Source of the DNA: Azolla caroliniana
Lineage: Eukaryota; Plantae; Polypodiophyta
Reading direction: 5' to 3'
Length of the DNA stretch: 64,000 bases
Assembly: GCA_043228905.1 (NCBI GenBank)
Contig: JBHGNT010000007.1
Coordinates: 5,146,001 to 5,210,000, forward strand
In this document: positions 26,531 to 38,935 of the stretch, in pieces
Layout of the letters: every line of letters begins with the position of its first letter
How positions within the stretch are numbered: position 1 is the stretch's first letter
The notes under the pieces: generated by a model
The model's database searches: none
What the model was told of the DNA's origin: nothing
Seen by the model: the letters and a program-made list of their open reading frames with translations, nothing else
Translations under genes and position numbers: made by a program

Positions 26531-26812
26531 TCTCGAAGCAGCGACGGTGACGATGGTAATTCTAAAGCAAGGGCGATCACAAAGACGAGTGATGATTCCA
26601 ATTGGAAGGGATTCAAACTGTCACAGACACACCAACCCTAGACTATGACAAAGCATAGATGACGAGGCTATGACAATAAGGTTACAAACGTGGAACTAGA
26701 TTTGATGAGGATAGAAACTCAGGAAGTTGGGAGCGATGAGATGAGGAACTTAAGACGCTAGGAACAATACAAGAGCATAAAGACAGAGATGTAAATCAAG
26801 GAGAGAAGATGG

Positions 26813-27368
26813 TGTTGGGAAATCGGTCCCTCCGGATGGGATCTGGTTATGAATGAAGTGGACCCAGTGAAAACCGGAAGAGAACCGGAAGAGATCCGGA
26901 AACCGGATTGGACCGGAAACCGAATTGGATAGACCTGGTGAGAACCGGATGAGAAGACATATTTGTAAATATGTTTTGAGTAAGCCTATTGAGGCTATAT
27001 TTGTAAATAGCCCTAAGTTCATATAAGTATAAACATGACTTAGGGCAATCACTTTAAAACAAGATGTTGTTGTCATATTGTTGTGTATGTATAATTGTTA
27101 TACTGTGTGAGAGAGAGATATAGAACGATGTACTCTATTGTAACCGCTGGCTGGCGAAGATATGGAGCTCGAGGTCGTTGCCTCCAAGTTTCTGTTTGTA
27201 CCTTTCATATATAGTGATAGTTAGGAATCTGTGGGCTCCCATGGTTTTTGCCATTTAGGGTTTTCCACGTAAACATTATGTGTACTCTCTATTGTCTGTG
27301 TTTGATTCTCATTGACAAGTGATTCAAGACTCAGTTGTGGCCGAGCAATATCCTACATTATCACATCA
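26813..27368 (+). mobile_element. Solo LTR related to the copia B LTR family
   Basis: TG...CA ends; TSD gatgg/aatgg; start tgttgggaaatcggtccctccggatg matches the reverse complement of the 22872 end. Confidence 0.85.
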
Positions 27369-27538
27369 AATGGGGCTAACAAGAATACTAGATTGATGTG
27401 TCAATGACTGGCGTTGAATCCCTTGAATGGGACCAAGATGGTTACAAGTATTTATATTCTAAGTTGAAGTACATGCATTACAATATTCTAGAACCTTCTA
27501 GAACCTTGGAACTTTCTAGAACTTTCCAGATGTCTAGA

Positions 27539-29865
27539 TGTTGAGAAGCAAGCTCAACAAAGGTATGTGATGCTTATTGAGAAGTAAGATCTTATATAGT
27601 AGCTACTAGTGGACATAAAAGTGAAACAACTATTTAGCTATGCACAACTATTTAGGTACTGACAGCTAATTAGCTGCATATATAAGTGATTTATAATTTA
27701 GGTAAAAAGTAAGAGAGTGAGATATAGAAAAATGAGCGAGAGAAAGAAAACAACATAGTGAGAGTAGAGAAGAAAAAGAACAAAAAAGCAGAAAACTGAC
27801 GAGAGCGAGTTGAGCTCTACATGTAATGAAATAGAATCTTTTGGGTTGCTACAGATGTAAGTCTCCTTCCCTCTTCCTTTTCTTTGTCTTGAGCACAATA
27901 AACGATCCAACATATCATGTTCCGTTGTGGACAAAGAAGAGCCGGAGCGCTTTCGTAACATGGTATCAGAGCAGAGTTGCTCATAAAGAAGATTAGAGTA
28001 GTACAGATCTGAGAAGTTTGATTTTGGTTGCTGATCTGAATCAGAGAGTTGTTTGTGAAGTTAATCGTTGCAAAAGCCCTAATTGAAAGAGAGAATGGTT
28101 ACTGAGAATGGTAGCCAAATAGTCACAGAAAAGCTGGATAAAAACAATTTCCCTGCGTGGAAATTTAGAATGAAAAATTTCCTGATGGGAAAAGGATACT
28201 AGGACTACATTGAAGGAGATCTAGAAGAGGCTCCAGATGTCCTTGAGGAAAATGCAACTGCTGCACAGATTAAAGCATTTAAGGAATGGAATCAAGGGGC
28301 ACGGAAAGTATTGCATTGGCTCTCACTTAGCTTCTCGGATTCAATGCTTGGACACATACAAGATGCTATGCTTCCAAAAGAAGCTTGGGATAGTTTGGTA
28401 AAACTGTTTGCAGTGAACACAAAGGCTAGAAAGCTTTAGTTGAAGACTAAGCTAAATACCTTGGAAAAAGGTAAGATGTCAGTGAATGAGTATGCTCTGA
28501 AAATAAAGAGCATATGTGAATCTCTTGCTTCTATTAATGTGAAGGTAGAAGATGTTGATAAGGTGGAAATATGCTTAAGAGGCTTAGGACCTCAATATAA
28601 AAGCTTCAAAACATCTATTCTCACAAGGGATAACATCCCAAGTTTTCCAGATCTGGTTTCAATGCTTGTAGTGGAAGAAAGAAATCAGATAGATGATGTA
28701 AATAAAGGAAACTCTAAGACCGAGGGACAAGCCCTCTACAATAGTGCTGGAAGAGGCCGAGGAAGAGGCCATGGAAGATTTGGTTCAGCTAGAACCAACA
28801 ACAATTATCAAGGAAGAGGACAACAGGTTGTAAGTGGAAGAAACAACATCAGAGGCAGGGGGAGCAATCGAGGTAGAGGTAAGCAAACTTATTTGAATGA
28901 TGATGGCTATTGGTATTGTGGAAAACCAAGCCATACATAGGCTAAATGCTATAAAAAGAAAAATGATGAAAAAAGAGGGAAGAGATAGCAAAATAATTAT
29001 GCTTCAACTAGTGAAGACTGATAACTATGGTGCATTTGTGATGCAACATGAAACAACAACAATGGTTGAATGTTCACAGAGATGTAATGAAGATTTTATG
29101 TGGTATGTAGATTCTGGGGCATCTAATCATATGACAGGACATGCAAATTGGTTTGAAAGTTTAATGGAACCAGAGATTCATGGTTATGTACAGATAGGTG
29201 ATAACACCACTCATACAATCGAGCATGTTGGAGATATCCCATTGTGGGAAGAAAAAGGAAAAACAAAGTATATTCTAAATGTGATGCATGTTCCAAACCT
29301 TGCAAAAAATCTGATTTCTGTTGGACAGATAGTAGAGCAAGGAATGCAAGTTAAGTTTAAGCAAAGTGGATGCTTTATAGAGAAACAGGGAAAGCTTATT
29401 GCAAAAGGAAAACGTCCAGGAAGAATGTTTGTGTTAGATGTGGATATGCCTAAAAAGATTACAACCATGTTTGCAGAAGGAATGAGTGTAATCTCAGATA
29501 TGGAAATGTGGCATAAAAGAATTGGTCACATAAGTATGCAAACTTTGAAAAATATGTTGAGGAAAAATGCAGTGACTGGACTGCCTAAGTTGAAAGACTG
29601 TGAGATGAGCAAAATATGTGAAGCATGCCAATATGGAAAGCAAAACAAGTTGCCTTTTCCTCATGAAAGACATGTAAGCAAAAATTTGTTGGATTTGGTA
29701 CATACGGATGTATGGGAACCAACAAAAAATGCATCAATTGGTGGCTACAGGTTCTATGTAACTTTGATTGATGATTGCTCAAGGAAAGCATGGGTTTATT
29801 TCATGAAAGAGAAAAGTGAAGTATTTGATTGCTTCCGTAAGTTTAAATGTATGATAGGAAAGCAC
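27539..29865 (+). mobile_element. Ty1/copia element D (5' LTR 27539-27960, PBS, gag, protease, truncated integrase)
   Basis: TGTT...AACA followed by a perfect tggtatcagagc Met-tRNA PBS at 27961; gag, WYVDSGASNHM, WHKRIGH, CEACQYGKQ, VHTDVW. Confidence 0.92.
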
Positions 29866-29964
29866 CTATAATTGCAAAACAACTAAATCACATTCAGCTT
29901 TTCACACAACTAATTGGTTATGTCAAGGACAAAGCTAATTGTTCCCATTCCCATGCTTTCACCC

Positions 29965-30400
29965 TTGAAAGTTGCTAAGAGTCGAAAGGTCGTTAGACTT
30001 GATGGCTCGTTAGAGTCGAAAGATCGTCAGAGTCAAAGGTAGATTAGAGTTGAAGGCTCTATAGAGTCGAACGTATGTCACAATCAAATGCATTGCAAAG
30101 TCGAAGGTAAGTCAGAATCAAATGCTTTAAAGAGTCGACGGTAGATAAGAGTCGAATGTAATCCTAAGTCAAATGAAGCCTACAGTCAAGATAAGTCAAA
30201 GTCGAATGAAGCCCAAAGTCGAAGATAAGTCGAAATCGAATGTAATCCAGAGTCGAATGAAACCCATAGTCAAAGATAAGTAAGATCGAAGGTAAGTTAT
30301 AGTTGAATGAAACCTAGAGTCAAAGGTTTTGTAGGCTCGAAGGCGCCTAAGAGTTGAAGGCTCTGTAGAGCCGATCCTTAGAGTTGAAGGTTGCATCAAT
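29965..30400. repeat. Degenerate short-period agagtcgaa tandem repeat
   Basis: More than 15 variants of agagtcgaa/agtcaa at ~17-20-bp spacing; probably a retroelement internal array. Confidence 0.7.
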
Positions 30401-31079
30401 CCGAACAGTGAATTATGCATGAGGTTAACACATAATTAACCCAAAGAACTTGAGATTACAAATGTATTTTACAATGACTGACCACTTTATAGGCTCAAAA
30501 TGTTGGATTATGAAAGAAATTTCCTTTATAAAGTAGGGTTTGCAAGTTTTTGGAATATCTTGATTACAATGGTGGGGAATTTCCGAGATTAAACATGAAC
30601 TAAGACCCCTAAATTTCACGAAGAAGAAGAAAATTAAACCCTAATATAGTAAGCATGCTGAGAAGAAAAGAATAATTGAAGAAGATTTGTTCACGAGTGA
30701 AGCTTAAGGGGGAAATTGTTGAATTTCGGTGCAACATCCCAACAATTGATGGCCACGTCGCCTCTTGTCGATGCTAATCTTACACACCCTCTTGATTCGC
30801 TACCCTAGCTTCTCAATCCAGTAGAGCTTCCACGTTTCTCTCTTTCTTTCCCCTTAATATGAATTCTCTTCACCTCTTTTATAGGATGAAAGAGGCGTTC
30901 TTACCAAAAAAAAGTAGGTGCTTTCGCTTTCCCAATTACACACTTATTTTGCCCCTTTCACTTATATTACAAACTCTTATAAATTACGCAAAGACTTTTT
31001 TATTGTTTTTAAATGCAACATGTTACTTGTCCTACATACCACACCATAACTTTATCAATCAAGATTTTTAATATTTGTA

Positions 31080-32360
31080 GTTTAACTTATTTCCTCCTAT
31101 GTGCTCCCCACATCACGATATCCACCCCCACCAAACCTGCACATTCTCCAGTGTATGCCAAGTGTGGTATTAGGGTGTACATGATCAAACGAGTGCCTCA
31201 ATTATCGAGCTATGCCCTCACTCTATCTTTTCATTTGCCTCTAGGTTGTATGTAGTTGTAAGGGAAAACTTAACTCCAAGACGTTCAAAAAACTCTTTAG
31301 CTTCATTCACATCCAACTCCCCTCTGTCCGCCATTATCTTCCCTACAATCCATATCGACATATCACATCTTCCAAGAGAAATTTGCACACCATTGTGGCA
31401 ATCTTATTTCATAGAGCCCTTCTTTCAACTTGGTTTGTAAGTTCTTGCCATGCAAGTACGAAGTATTTCATCTGACCCACTCCCATTGGCAGTTGGATGA
31501 AGTAAAAGGGTAAGTTGGATGAAGTTCATCCTTGTGTTGAACATACGAGTACATCTAACAACTTTCACACGTTCCAACAAAGTGTGCCACATCTTTGTAC
31601 ATCCCTAGCCACCAATACTTCTCTTTTATCTTAGAGAATGTCTCCCAAATACCTCTATGCCCTACCCAAGGATTTTCATGATATTCAGATACCAATTTCC
31701 TTTGGTTTTCTTTTGTGCAAAAAATTCTCAACGGTGTGTATGTCCTCTTCTTGGGGTGCTTCCAAAGATGTCATCCTTGAATAAAGTACTTATATAACAC
31801 CTTCTTCCTAATCCTATGTGCCTCTTCCTTCATCCATGACGGATTAGCTTTCAATGGATTGAAGAACCAGCCTATAAGTAGCCAATCCCCTTTATATTAT
31901 TCTTTATCGAACGAACTGAAGAACCTATATCATCCACCGATTTGCATCATCAACTCCCAAGCTCCAAAATTTTGCCCTCTTTTGTTGCAAATTGCCCATC
32001 TTGCGACAACACTCTGTCTATGCCTCACATGCAAGTGCCCATGCTACCCTATACAAATCTTTGTTAGTCGCTTACTTCGCAAATTTATAATTCTCGTATG
32101 CCAACTCCTTTTCAATCTATACTCTGGTGAAGGAAACTGATAACTCTTTGTTCACTAGTATCTCTTGATGCACTTTTTGATGAAGCATCATTCTGTCCTC
32201 ATAAAGTTTCGAATGTACATGGTTGATCTTTACATTCCCTTTTACTCTAGTTGCTTTGTAGATTGTCAACCAAAATACATAAGTAATCATTTTGTATGTT
32301 AACACCACAAGGTCAATACCATTAAGTGACAATATACAAGGTTGAAATCCTCCTTCGTCT
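31080..32360 (-). mobile_element. Decayed Ty3/gypsy RNaseH-integrase remnant
   Basis: Minus strand HENPWVGHRGIW (integrase zinc-finger region) and other broken integrase-like stretches. Confidence 0.6.
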
Positions 32361-32429
32361 CAACAAACTTCTAAAAGTTCAACTCCTTAGGATAGGGAGG
32401 AACTAACCACCTAAATTCAAACATACGAT

Positions 32430-32890
32430 GGTTAACAATCATATTTCCAGGATATGATTCTAATAAGAGTACAAGGGAATGTGTTCGATAACCATATATA
32501 ACCCTAACAACATATTTCGAGAAAATAATTCTAATCTGAGTACAAAGTAATGTGTTTGTTAACCATATGGTGGTTAACAACCATATTTTCAAAATCTGAT
32601 TCTAATTAGAGTACAAGGGAATGTGTTTGGTAACCATATATAACCATAATAACACATTTTTAGAGTTTCATTCTAATCCAAGTAAAAGGTAATGTGTTTG
32701 TTAACCATATGGTGATTAACAACCATATTTTCAGAATTTGATTCTAATAAGATAACAAGGGAATATGTTTGTTAACCATATGGTGGTTAACAACAGTATT
32801 TCTAGAATATGAGTCTAATTAGATCTTTATTGCTTCTGTGTGAGGGAACCATATAAACCCTAATAACACGATTTCCAAAATTTTGATTCT
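32430..32890. repeat. Degenerate ~65-bp tandem repeat with internal hairpins
   Basis: gattctaat...gtacaagggaatgtgtttgttaaccatatggtggttaacaacca repeated ~7 times. Confidence 0.75.
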
Positions 32891-34155
32891 AAATTACATG
32901 TTAGATAGATTTTGATAAATACCACGATTAAGAGGGAATTGGTTGTGTGTTGGTGTTAGTATGACAATTTGTTGATTTCTATGTTTTCTTGTTGCTTCGA
33001 GGGACTTGTCTACATTGATAATCATAGTGCTCCATCCATTTGAATGTTGGTGCAAAACTCAAGATGAGGAGTATGCTGGCATTAAATGCTTGGACATGAG
33101 TGCACAAAGCCCCATGCTCCACAATGTGTGTGCCCAAATTCAAAAATTTGGGGATTTTGATATTTCACTCCCTATAATAAATTATATGTATCTTTAAGAT
33201 TTTCCCACTAAATATTGGCTAAAACAATAGCTAATTAGCTATAACACATTTGCGTTCACAAGTGGAAGGATCGCACACAAATGGAAGGATAAGGAATATT
33301 TTGTCTAATTTTGGGGCTTTTTTTGCCATTTCACAAAACACTTTGATACCAGTATCTCATGTTCTCGAAAACTTGATGAAAAAGCTAAAATTTTCACCAT
33401 TTGGTAAAATTGAAAAATGCCAAATTTTGGCCAAATACAAAAAGTAACTTTGTGTATTTTAAAGGAGAAATTACAACTAGTAGTATTTTAGATCCTAACG
33501 AAATCATAAGCGAAAGATTTCAAAACAATTAACTTTTTTATTTCATTCGATAAAATGTTGTCTAAATTTGTTAGATATCATTGCACAAAAAATACATTTA
33601 AGAGTTATTTGCATCACTATAATCATTCCTTTCATGAGAATCACTATTATAGCTAATATACAATTGTGACTCTTTCTCCTCATTTTCAAATGTACCAATC
33701 AAATAATTGTCCTCACCAAATGGTGTCTCCAAATTGTGTGCACTAAATCTTGTTCGCCTTCAATTTGAGATATCTTCTAGACTTGGTAATATCTCTTTTA
33801 TTATGTTTATCGTTGTCGTCCTTAAACATCCAACTTTTGTCAGTGTAAAGTCATATACAATGATATCCACATCACTAATGTCAATGATAGATGTATTACA
33901 AAGGTTTAATGCATCACCACGTCCAAAACTTTACCAATGTAGAATTGATGCCCTAGGTCATGGCCATCTACATGTGTAGCTATTAATATCCCCTCCTTGA
34001 GTTCTTACAAGTTTCCTTGTCACCTAAGTTACGCTCGTGTTGTCATCCTTAGTTCCACATAAATGTTTCTTTGTTATAGATGAACCAAACTATGAATATC
34101 AACATTAAGTGCTTGAAGTGGTGATTAAGAACCACGAGAATATTTTATAGACCAC

Positions 34156-35610
34156 GTAAATGGCATTTGCAAGGTTCAATTACCATCAACAAAATTATTA
34201 ATGGATTTTTGTTAATCAATGAAGCATATGTTCACCATAAGGTGTCTTGTTGTGCAACATACTTCTTTGCAGTATCGATATGCATCTTTTTCTCTTGTAA
34301 AAACAGAGATTTTAGTAAAATTCAAGTTCAAGTAAACCCTAAACCTCTTTTATTTGAAAAAAAAGAAGATTTCTAAAAATGAACTCCATACATTGTATCA
34401 ATTTGATGTAAAAAATAGAGTTTTCATCACAATTCCATACAGTATCAAATTCATGTTCAAAGTTTTTTTTCCCGGATTTAAAACAAATAAAATCGAGCTT
34501 GAGTTGATGAAAAAACCAGTTTTTTCACCACAATTCAATACAATGTATTGAGTTCATGTTTAAAGTAAGTTTTTTTAATTTTTGGGAAAAAAAACTTTAA
34601 ACATGAATTTGATACATTGTATTGACTTGTGATGAAAACTCTGGTTTTTTCATCACTTCAAATTTTATTTTATTTTTAAAAAAACAAAAAGACCCAAAAT
34701 AAATAGAAAAAAAAACAAATTAAAAAAAAAACCAAAAACAAACTTTAAATATGAACTCGATACAATGTATCGAATTCGTGAGTTCGTGTTTTTTACATGA
34801 ACTCGATACAATGTATCGAATTCGTGAGTTCGTGTTTTTTACATGAACTCGATACAATGTATCGAGTTTATGCATTTAAACACGAACTCGATACATTGTA
34901 TCGAGTTTGTGTTGAAAAATAGAGTTTTCAAGACCAACTCGATACATTGTATTGAGTTCATGTTTAAAGTTTTTTGGGGGGCCCCGAGGGGGTTTAGAAA
35001 ACAATTTTGATTTTTTTTCTATTTATTTTGGGGTTTTTTGTTTTTTTATTATAAATTTGAAGTGATGAAAAAAACCAAAGTTTTCATCACAAGTCGATAC
35101 AATGTATCGAATTCATGTTTAAAGTTTTCTTTTCCAAAAAATAAATAAAAATAATCCAAAAAAAACAAAAACTTTTTTAAAAAATTACTTTAAACATGAA
35201 CTCGATACATTGTATTGAATTGTGGTAAAAAAATTGTTTTTTTCATCAACTCAAGCTCGATTTTTTTATTTTTTATTTTTTTAAAATTTGGGAAAAAAAA
35301 CTTTGAACATGAATTTGATACATTGTATGGAATTGTGATGAAAACTCTGTTTTCTACATCAACTCGATATAATGTATAGAGTTCATGTTTAGAAATCTTC
35401 TTCTTTTTTCAAATAAAAGAGGTTTAGGGTTTACATAAACTTGAATTGTACTAAAATCTCTGTTTTTACAAGAATAAAAGATGCATATCAATACTGTAAA
35501 GAAGTATGTTGCACAACAAGACACCTTATGGTGAACATGTGCTTCATTGATTAACAGAAATCCATTACTGATTGTGTTGATGGTAATTGAACCTCGCAAA
35601 TGCCATTTAC
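34156..35610. mobile_element. Large foldback (palindromic) non-coding DNA element
   Basis: gtaaatggcatttgc... / ...gcaaatgccatttac; arms of ~700 bp are reverse complements; many internal aactcgatacaatgtatcgagtt palindromic motifs; no clear TSD. Confidence 0.85.
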
Positions 35611-38369
35611 TTCACAAATTTTGTAGGGGAGTTCTCAAAATGAAGAAGAGGAGAGCCTTGTGGATACCTTGATAACTATGTGATATATTCAAATTGATAT
35701 ATTAATGTTTACATCTAAGTTTGGTAGTTTTGACAGTTTATGAATATCGTCTACATTTTAGAATTTATGGATTTATCAAAATTGTTTATGAATATTGTAT
35801 GCATTTCCTGAGTTGTGAATTTATGGATGTTAATGAGCACTAAATTTATAGATGATGGCATTAAGGATTACAATGTTACTACTTATACTTTAAACATTTT
35901 CAAGTCTAACAATAGATGTAACTTCCACTTCTGGAACCTACATCTCCTGAAGATGGTGAAACCATTAACCTTAACTTGTGCCTTGAGTTAACCATTGTGA
36001 TTTTCTTTAAGTTAACTACATTTCATAATTGTAGACCATCAACGTTTAAACATTTATTGAAAAACTAATCAAGTTTGAAACTTGTTAAATCTCAAAAAAT
36101 TAGCAAATTTTACATGTTATTTAAAACATGTGATATTGGTGTATCAAGTTTCTGAAAATTACATAAAATTGCAAGATTATAAAAGGAATTTATATGTGGA
36201 ATGTGTGATCCTTCCACTTGTGAACGCAAACGTGTTCTATGGCCTTTTCAACTACATGCTAGCTATAATAGTATTTCCATTCTTATGCTTTCACCTAGCT
36301 TCAACTACTTTTTTATGTTCTAATCCAACTTCACTCTTTGGCCTTCTAGTTCATACTTGCCATTACTTGGCTTGTTTGATTGAGCATAGTCGATAGTACG
36401 AGACAACACATTTACCATACCTAACAAGTACCTCAATTGGGGAGTCAAGCTTGACGAAAGCGGCATCTACCAACTCCAAGTGTATCACGAAACGATAGAG
36501 ATGATAAAGCAATGTCTTTTGAAGATACGTATGTGCGGGCTCTTCAATGCAAAACATCATCGTCTCCCCATGTTGCCACTTATCCCACTCATGGAGAGGA
36601 GGACCATGAAGATGACAACAAGAATTTTGATGGTACCTAGTTTCTCCAAAATGTCTCCCCCTCTACCTCCCACAAATCCCCCACTAACATTTATTGTCTC
36701 TTCGGCCCCCCCTCCTCTTTCCCCTCCCACTCTCCCCCTTAGTGAACACGATGTCCCTGACAGTAACCATCCCGTGTTCGGTGATGATCCCACTTAGAGA
36801 CATCCTCTCGCCTCATCCCCTCTTCCTATACAACTCCCCACCTTGCTTTCACACTCTCCTAGTCACATACACATTGGGATCACCCCTCACCATCCTAGCT
36901 CCCAACTCCACCATCCATTCTTGCACACCCTTGCTCACTCCTTCTCATGACCCCAATGACAACCCCATCAAACTATGCTTGGAAGACGTGGCCCCAATCT
37001 CACAAACATTATCCTCCTCAAAGTCCACTCACCCACCTCATAAGTCATCAACGATTGCAATTGTCAACCATCCATGATGAAACTTTGGTGGCTATTGTTC
37101 ATAAGTAGTTCGACACTACCCAATTCTATAGTTTTGAGCTCACTCATGCACTACCCAATGCACTTGACCAAATCGAGTGAGGCATGTGGTTGTTTGACCA
37201 ACTTGACAAACCAAAAGGTGGCCCCAATCCCCTGGAATTCATGAGTGAGACATTAGTTACATTATCTTTAGGAAAGAGGTGAATAAGACCTTTTGACGTT
37301 TGGATAATGAGGTTCACGACCCAAGAGGAATGCCACGAAGGTCGGCCACAACAGGATAATGTAGAGACATGGTAAATAAATACAACTTTTTATTTAGAGC
37401 TTTACATACTTTTATATTATATTTATTTGTTTGATTATAGTAATGACTATCTGGACCGCACCAAACTTACCTTCTCTTGTAATACTAATACATAGCGGCA
37501 AGTGAAAACAGAAAATGTGAGATGTTAATTTCAACATTATAGTTAGCATTTTGACTTGATGGGTTAAGTACATCAAGCTCATTCTTGGCAATACATTATG
37601 AAAAAGAGTTTTTACTGTTCCAAACCAATTTCCAACCTTATGTTAATGATTGCATGATTTTCACATCGTCATGGTTAAATTGAGGACTATCTCAAATTGC
37701 CTTTAATATTTGCAATCTTTCTCATACTAAAACCTTGTTGCATATGCCATACAACTTACAAGGACCAAATGATATGCCAAGTACAAAAACCTCACGTATG
37801 ATTGCATTGTAATCGATAAAATACATCATAGACAATTTGGTTGACATTGAACAATACATGCCTACAAAAATGCATGAGACTTAGGTCAATGAAATAAGTT
37901 GGCACCCTAAAATATAATCTCGAAGCTAAATCATGGTTAAAAAATTAAGACTTCGAAATTATGAGTGTAGTATAACATTACCATAGATTGCAACTTTGAC
38001 CCAATAAATATTGAACTCTTCATATGGCTTTTAATCAATAATCATGAAATGAAGAAGCTTGAACTTTATAATTTTAATATTAATTGAAGGGAAAGATGCT
38101 TGAGTTATGATCGTCAACAATAATTCCAAAAAAAAGCTTAAGATCAATCAGCACTCATTGCATGAGATTTGTGGTTTCCTAGGAGTTGTACAATATGTCT
38201 TCAAGCATAAACCAATTCATATCATTCTACTACATAGATCGTCTAACTGAATTCTTTGGCATGTGTGTGTGTATATATATATACATACATACATACTCTT
38301 AAGTTCACATGCATATTGGGTGGATGTGTTGGACACAAGCGACGAAGTTTTTGCAACAAGAGAATAGAA

Positions 38370-38910
38370 AGCGAAGCAATACTTTTCCCATGTCTATATA
38401 GCAACACATTCTATAAGGAAGACTATATAGGTCTATATAGCAACACTTACTTTCTATAAGGAAGATCCTCAAAGGGAACTAATTCTTTTCCCATGTCTAT
38501 ATAGCAACGGTTCTATAAGGAAGGGCCCCAAGGGAACCAATACTTTTCCCACTTTCTAAAAGGAAGACCTCCTCCCCCCTCCCCAAGGGAACCAATACCA
38601 TTCCCATGGTCTATATAGTAACACTTGCACAGAAGGGAAAGGAAAGGATAGAGCAAGTTACCCATGTTACCAGAGACAAAATACTAAATGGCATCCAAAC
38701 ACAGGGCATTTGATCAACAATTGGAGAAGCCATGTGGGAAACAACGGTGAGATTCTATAAGGAAGACCACCACCCCCCCCCCCCCCCCTCCAAGGGAACC
38801 AATACTTTTCCCATGGTCTATATAGCAACATTTCTATAAGGAAGAACCCCCCAAGGGAACCAATACTTTTCCCATAGTCTATATAGCAACACTTCTCTAT
38901 AAGGAAGAAG
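38370..38910. repeat. ~55-60-bp minisatellite immediately downstream of the LEA_2 stop codon
   Basis: caagggaaccaatacttttcccatggtctatatagcaacacttctataaggaag present in ~6-7 copies in two clusters. Confidence 0.85.
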
Positions 38911-38935
38911 CCGGGGTCCAAGACTCCACACAACC

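Larger units (their letters stand above)
25000..27538 (-). mobile_element. Non-autonomous (TRIM/LARD-like) LTR retrotransposon, putatively self-priming
   Basis: 3' LTR 25000-25517; PPT (ttatcctcccc on +) at 25518; 1.1-kb internal region of tandem repeats with no gag/pol; 5' LTR 26619-27538 (interrupted and truncated); no tRNA-type TGG PBS. Confidence 0.85.

Noticed and set aside
25997-26641. Hydrophobic 138-aa 'membrane protein' and D/K-rich ORFs
   Set aside because: Artefacts of a purine-rich tandem repeat inside a non-coding LTR element.
34167-35599. Two paralogous small ORFs on opposite strands
   Set aside because: They are the two arms of the foldback element, start at non-ATG codons and have no recognisable domain.
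36480-37077. Proline-rich ORFs
   Set aside because: C-rich low-complexity sequence with no splice or domain support; probably a decayed repeat.
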